Source of the DNA: Tubiluchus corallicola
Lineage: Eukaryota; Animalia; Priapulida
Length of the DNA stretch: 64,000 bases
Assembly (NCBI GenBank): GCA_030141605.1
Contig: JAQGDQ010000111.1
Location: 310,001-374,000 of the forward strand
Direction of reading: 5' to 3'
In this document: positions 60,380-64,000 of the stretch, one piece after another
How the letters are laid out: every line of letters begins with the position of its first letter
How positions within the stretch are numbered: the stretch's first letter is position 1
The notes under the pieces: model-generated
The model's database searches: none
What the model saw: only the letters and a program-made list of their open reading frames with translations
Told to the model about the DNA's origin: nothing
Position numbers and translations under genes: made by a program

Positions 60380-60700
60380 GATATGAAGAGTTAGTTTAAA
60401 CTATTGTAATCTACATTAGGGTATTGTCTCCTAATATGCTCTGTTAATGGACACACAGCTACGATGCTCTGTTTGAATTTGCCCACATTGGCACAACCCA
60501 GTCTCGTGCTGCTCACTATACCATCTTCCTGTTTCCACCTTGAGTCTGTGAGCTTGTAATCTTGAACGGGTGTATGTGATACGATGTCGTGCATTGGCAT
60601 TTGCTGGTATTGTAGGTGGTGTTAAAGTGAGATTCATTATTACGTAGGTGTGGCGCTTAGTTGACTGGCTGGATGTACTGAGTTTTTTAATTGTTGTCGC
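60380..60700 (-). mobile_element. Decayed LINE ORF2 C-terminal Cys/His region (RTE-X-like)
   Basis: KRHTYVIMNLTLTPPTI...RHRITYTRSRLQAHRLKVETGRWYSEQHETGLCQCGQIQTE, then a frameshift to VAVCPLTEHIR; homologous to 21250-21600. Confidence 0.75.
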
Positions 60701-61342
60701 TTATGTTCTTCATAGTCACGTGTCATATCTGCTTTGCAATAAATTCCATATTGAAATTATGAACTTAAAGGGCAAGGAGTTTTTGTGTTTCATTGAGTGT
60801 GATGCATAAAAAGATGCAATCCCAAGCTTTGCATTAATTCGTCTGCTATTGGAAAGTGTAACCAAATGATGTGAGATCATTTACTAGTGCCACTAAGCTG
60901 AAATTAAATAGAAGAAACAATTTGGTAATTATTGTAAATAATAAAGTGCATATTTTATTTCAAGACCAAAATGAGGTATATGGTTTGAAAGTAATCCTTT
61001 TAAAACTTGAATCTACCATCTAGATTTGGTATCATTTCATATGCTATTAAGCAAGCTTAAAGTGAGTACTTCTAACACAAGCCTATTAGGTTTTGCCAAG
61101 CATAGATTTAAATGTACAGAACGTGATTTTTTTACCTTAAAAATAAATCAGAAAAGATAAAAATATGGTTTTTTTCCCAATATAGTTGTTCCCCAACTAT
61201 AGTTTTCCCAATAGTTGTTTTAGATCACAATAAAGCTTGGGTGATAAATGAAATAGATTAACATTACTAGCTTATCAAGCTGTATCATTACTCTTTGACT
61301 ATTGCATATTACGTAAAAATAAGTGTACTAGGGTCCACATAC

Positions 61343-61507
61343 TTATCTCTGTAGCAGACAGCGCTGTAGAAAACATTGTAATATCAGTTACGATGCCCTT
61401 GTAACTTTGGTGAGCTTGGAATCCGCCACCCACTGTATCTTGGTCTTGTCCAAACAGCAATACGCCGCCTCCAGGCAGAGCATTTTTGCCTTGACCAGTG
61501 AAACTAC
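61343..61507 (-). CDS. Pentraxin-domain exon (partial gene or gene relic)
   Basis: AG/GT-bounded 165-nt phase 1-1 exon encoding SFTGQGKNALPGGGVLLFGQDQDTVGGGFQAHQSYKGIVTDITMFSTALSATEI, matching the pentraxin GQ(E/D)QD..GG.F...QSF.G motif. Flanking exons not identified. Confidence 0.7.
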
Positions 61508-62310
61508 CTAAATTTTTTCTTTTAATTAGAGTACATGGATAAAATGACATAATAAAAATAACAAACATTTTTGGTTGCTACTGCAACTTGAAGACAAATC
61601 TACTCCCTTCCAGGCTGGAAACCTCAAGTGACCCCAAATACTAAAAAATTATGTTACTTTTATATAAGTGTAATTGAGAAGAAGAACTATACTAAACTGT
61701 AAAACGAAATTTATCGTTCGAAATTAAATAAAACTTGAGGTAAGCTTTACTTACAGTAGTCCTGTTGTTATCATCGCCACCATGTGATACAATACATACA
61801 TTCAAAAGCAACATTATCCTATTTTCGGTATCACCACATTTTTATAAGCATTACCACACTTGAAATATGTTATGGCTCTTTATATTACTATATTTGTGTT
61901 CACTGCCATCATATGGGCAGTGAGCAGCTCAGGCTGGTCAGTAGCCAGAATCTCGATGCTCATCATATTGTAAACAAACACAGAAACCGGCAACCATATT
62001 CCGGTATATCTTACTTTTGGGTAATCATTTGATTTGAAGAAACTGCTTGGGGTCATTCTTCTCCAGAGAGACTAAAATGTGACTATTTTGCTTTATGGTT
62101 AATCCTGGGGTGCTCTAGATACGATTACAATGGACAAGATTAATTTTCAAAGGTAGTTATTTAACACAGGATGACCAGCATGACACGAAACACTCAACTA
62201 CAAGAAAAGACCTCGGCAATACACCAGCTGGCAGTTAAATTCATGGCTTCTTTACTTATCAATAGGTAATAGTGTTCCCTCATATATGTATGAAATTATG
62301 TTTATAATTT

Positions 62311-62390
62311 TAATAATAATAATAATGATGATGATAATAATAATAATAATAATAATAACAATAATAATAATAGTAATAATAATAATAATA

Positions 62391-62421
<31 letters not shown>

Positions 62422-62441
62422 TAGTAATAATAATAATAGTA

Positions 62442-62516
<75 letters not shown>

Positions 62517-62519
62517 GTA

Positions 62520-62590
<71 letters not shown>

Positions 62591-62652
62591 AATAATAGTA
62601 ATAATAATAATAATAATAGTAATAATAATAGCAATAATAATAATAATAATAG
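62311..62652. repeat. (AAT)n/(AAC)n microsatellite
   Basis: Directly visible, about 340 bp; source of the poly-I/L ORFs. Confidence 0.97.
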
Positions 62653-64000
62653 TACCTATATGTGCTTCAGTTTGTATGTTATCGACAGAAGATGGTAATG
62701 GAAAAAACAAGTTAAAATGGTATCCCAAACAGTAAATAATTAATTTTTAATTTTTTACAATTAATCTTTATATTAGTCATTGAGGTAGCCTTGGCAAAAT
62801 ATGGTGGCATCGACATGCCAGTCTCCTCCGTCAAATTTTGATTGTAATAATAAATACTCTTACAATATTCATGCGGGCTTTTTACAATGATCCCATTACT
62901 TATATGTTATATAGTATAAATACGTAAATGTCAAACTTAAAAACGTTTTATATTTTACTAAACACAATATTTAATTTAAAAAAATTGTAAAAAAGGACTC
63001 CCACAAGGAAAGTTGAAACATCAGCCTATGATTAAATATTTAATTATGATTAACATATGATTAAAATAACAAAAATGCAAAGGCTTTTCCACCTGGTTGC
63101 ATTATAAGTATTTGCTACTAGAATTCCATACCTGCATACATGTTACCATCTACATATACTCGGAGAGTACCTCCCTCTTTCCATGTCACACACAAGTGAC
63201 GAAAATTTCCAGAGAGAATGACTTCCACATTGAATGTATTGGGACTGTAACACACGAAATGCAGAAGTTAGGAATCAGAAAAGAATTTTACATCTACATA
63301 AAGTTAAGTGCTTCCTCGACAACTTGGCAATATTCTAATTTCACTCAAGAATATCTACAAGTTAAATAAATAAAACACATAAATAGACTTTGTGTGTACA
63401 GTTTATTGTGTTTTTAATCAAAACGTTTCTTAAGCTTTCTTCGGCATTCAAGCGAGGGCTGATGAATATGATCGAATACGGGCTTCATAGAATGTTTTGA
63501 CCAAATATATAATAAAACCATTTAAAGTCCACTTAAGCATAAATTTACATTTGTTAGCTATACAGTATGGCCGCACAACTCAGCAGTTTCTGGGGCCATA
63601 CTATTTTTTAGAATGAGTTGTATGGTATGAAAGCAGAACTCGTTCTAAAACATCCAAGAGTGTTCTGTACTTGCTTTTGACCTAGTTAGTTAGTTGCTAT
63701 AGAGGTGGAAGTAATGTCGGCTGCTCAGGATGACAGCCCTGATGTTTTGTTTTTGTTATTTTGTGTTTACTGGCAATAAAAATGAAGTAATGTCGCAAAT
63801 GCATCTCCGTTTATTCACCATGTTTTGTGTAACCAATTCCAACTCATAACAGCAAGGAAAAGTATCTAAAAGACTACCATTTTTGAAGCTGTTTGTGTTT
63901 CAGCTTTCAGTGAACTGCAAAGCTGGTCTAATAAGAATAGCTGATTACACAATTTTGATATTTTACTGCAAACATGACATGACTTTCTAACCATTCAGTC

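Noticed and set aside
62252-62735. Poly-Ile/Leu ORFs
   Set aside because: Translation of the (AAT)n microsatellite.

Overview
AT-rich animal (invertebrate) nuclear genomic DNA with spliceosomal GT-AG introns; no prokaryotic features. The genes below were spliced by hand with reading frame and splice phase checked at every junction. They are Rap1 (+, 1-3710, start just outside the window), a single-coding-exon DUF229 type II membrane protein (-, 9918-11900), a 10-exon SLC7 light-chain amino acid transporter of the b(0,+)AT/LAT type (-, 16969-33975), a 5-exon CHST11-like carbohydrate sulfotransferase (+, 38894-43855), a 3-exon gustatory-receptor-like 7TM channel (-, 47103-49787), a 4-exon secreted Tyr/Gly/Arg/Asp/His-rich protein missed by the ORF track (+, 55239-57848), and an isolated pentraxin exon (-, 61343-61507). 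Introns and intergenic DNA hold a 5S-rRNA-headed SINE (two copies), several MITE and foldback families, decayed LINE 3' ends, a 40-bp minisatellite with two inversion points, a 26/52-bp higher-order repeat and long microsatellites. The most notable candidates are the Tyr-rich secreted protein, the Lys-to-Gln change at the conserved TM5 position of the SLC7 transporter, the lone Gr-like receptor and the 5S-derived SINE. The host taxon cannot be determined from the sequence alone.
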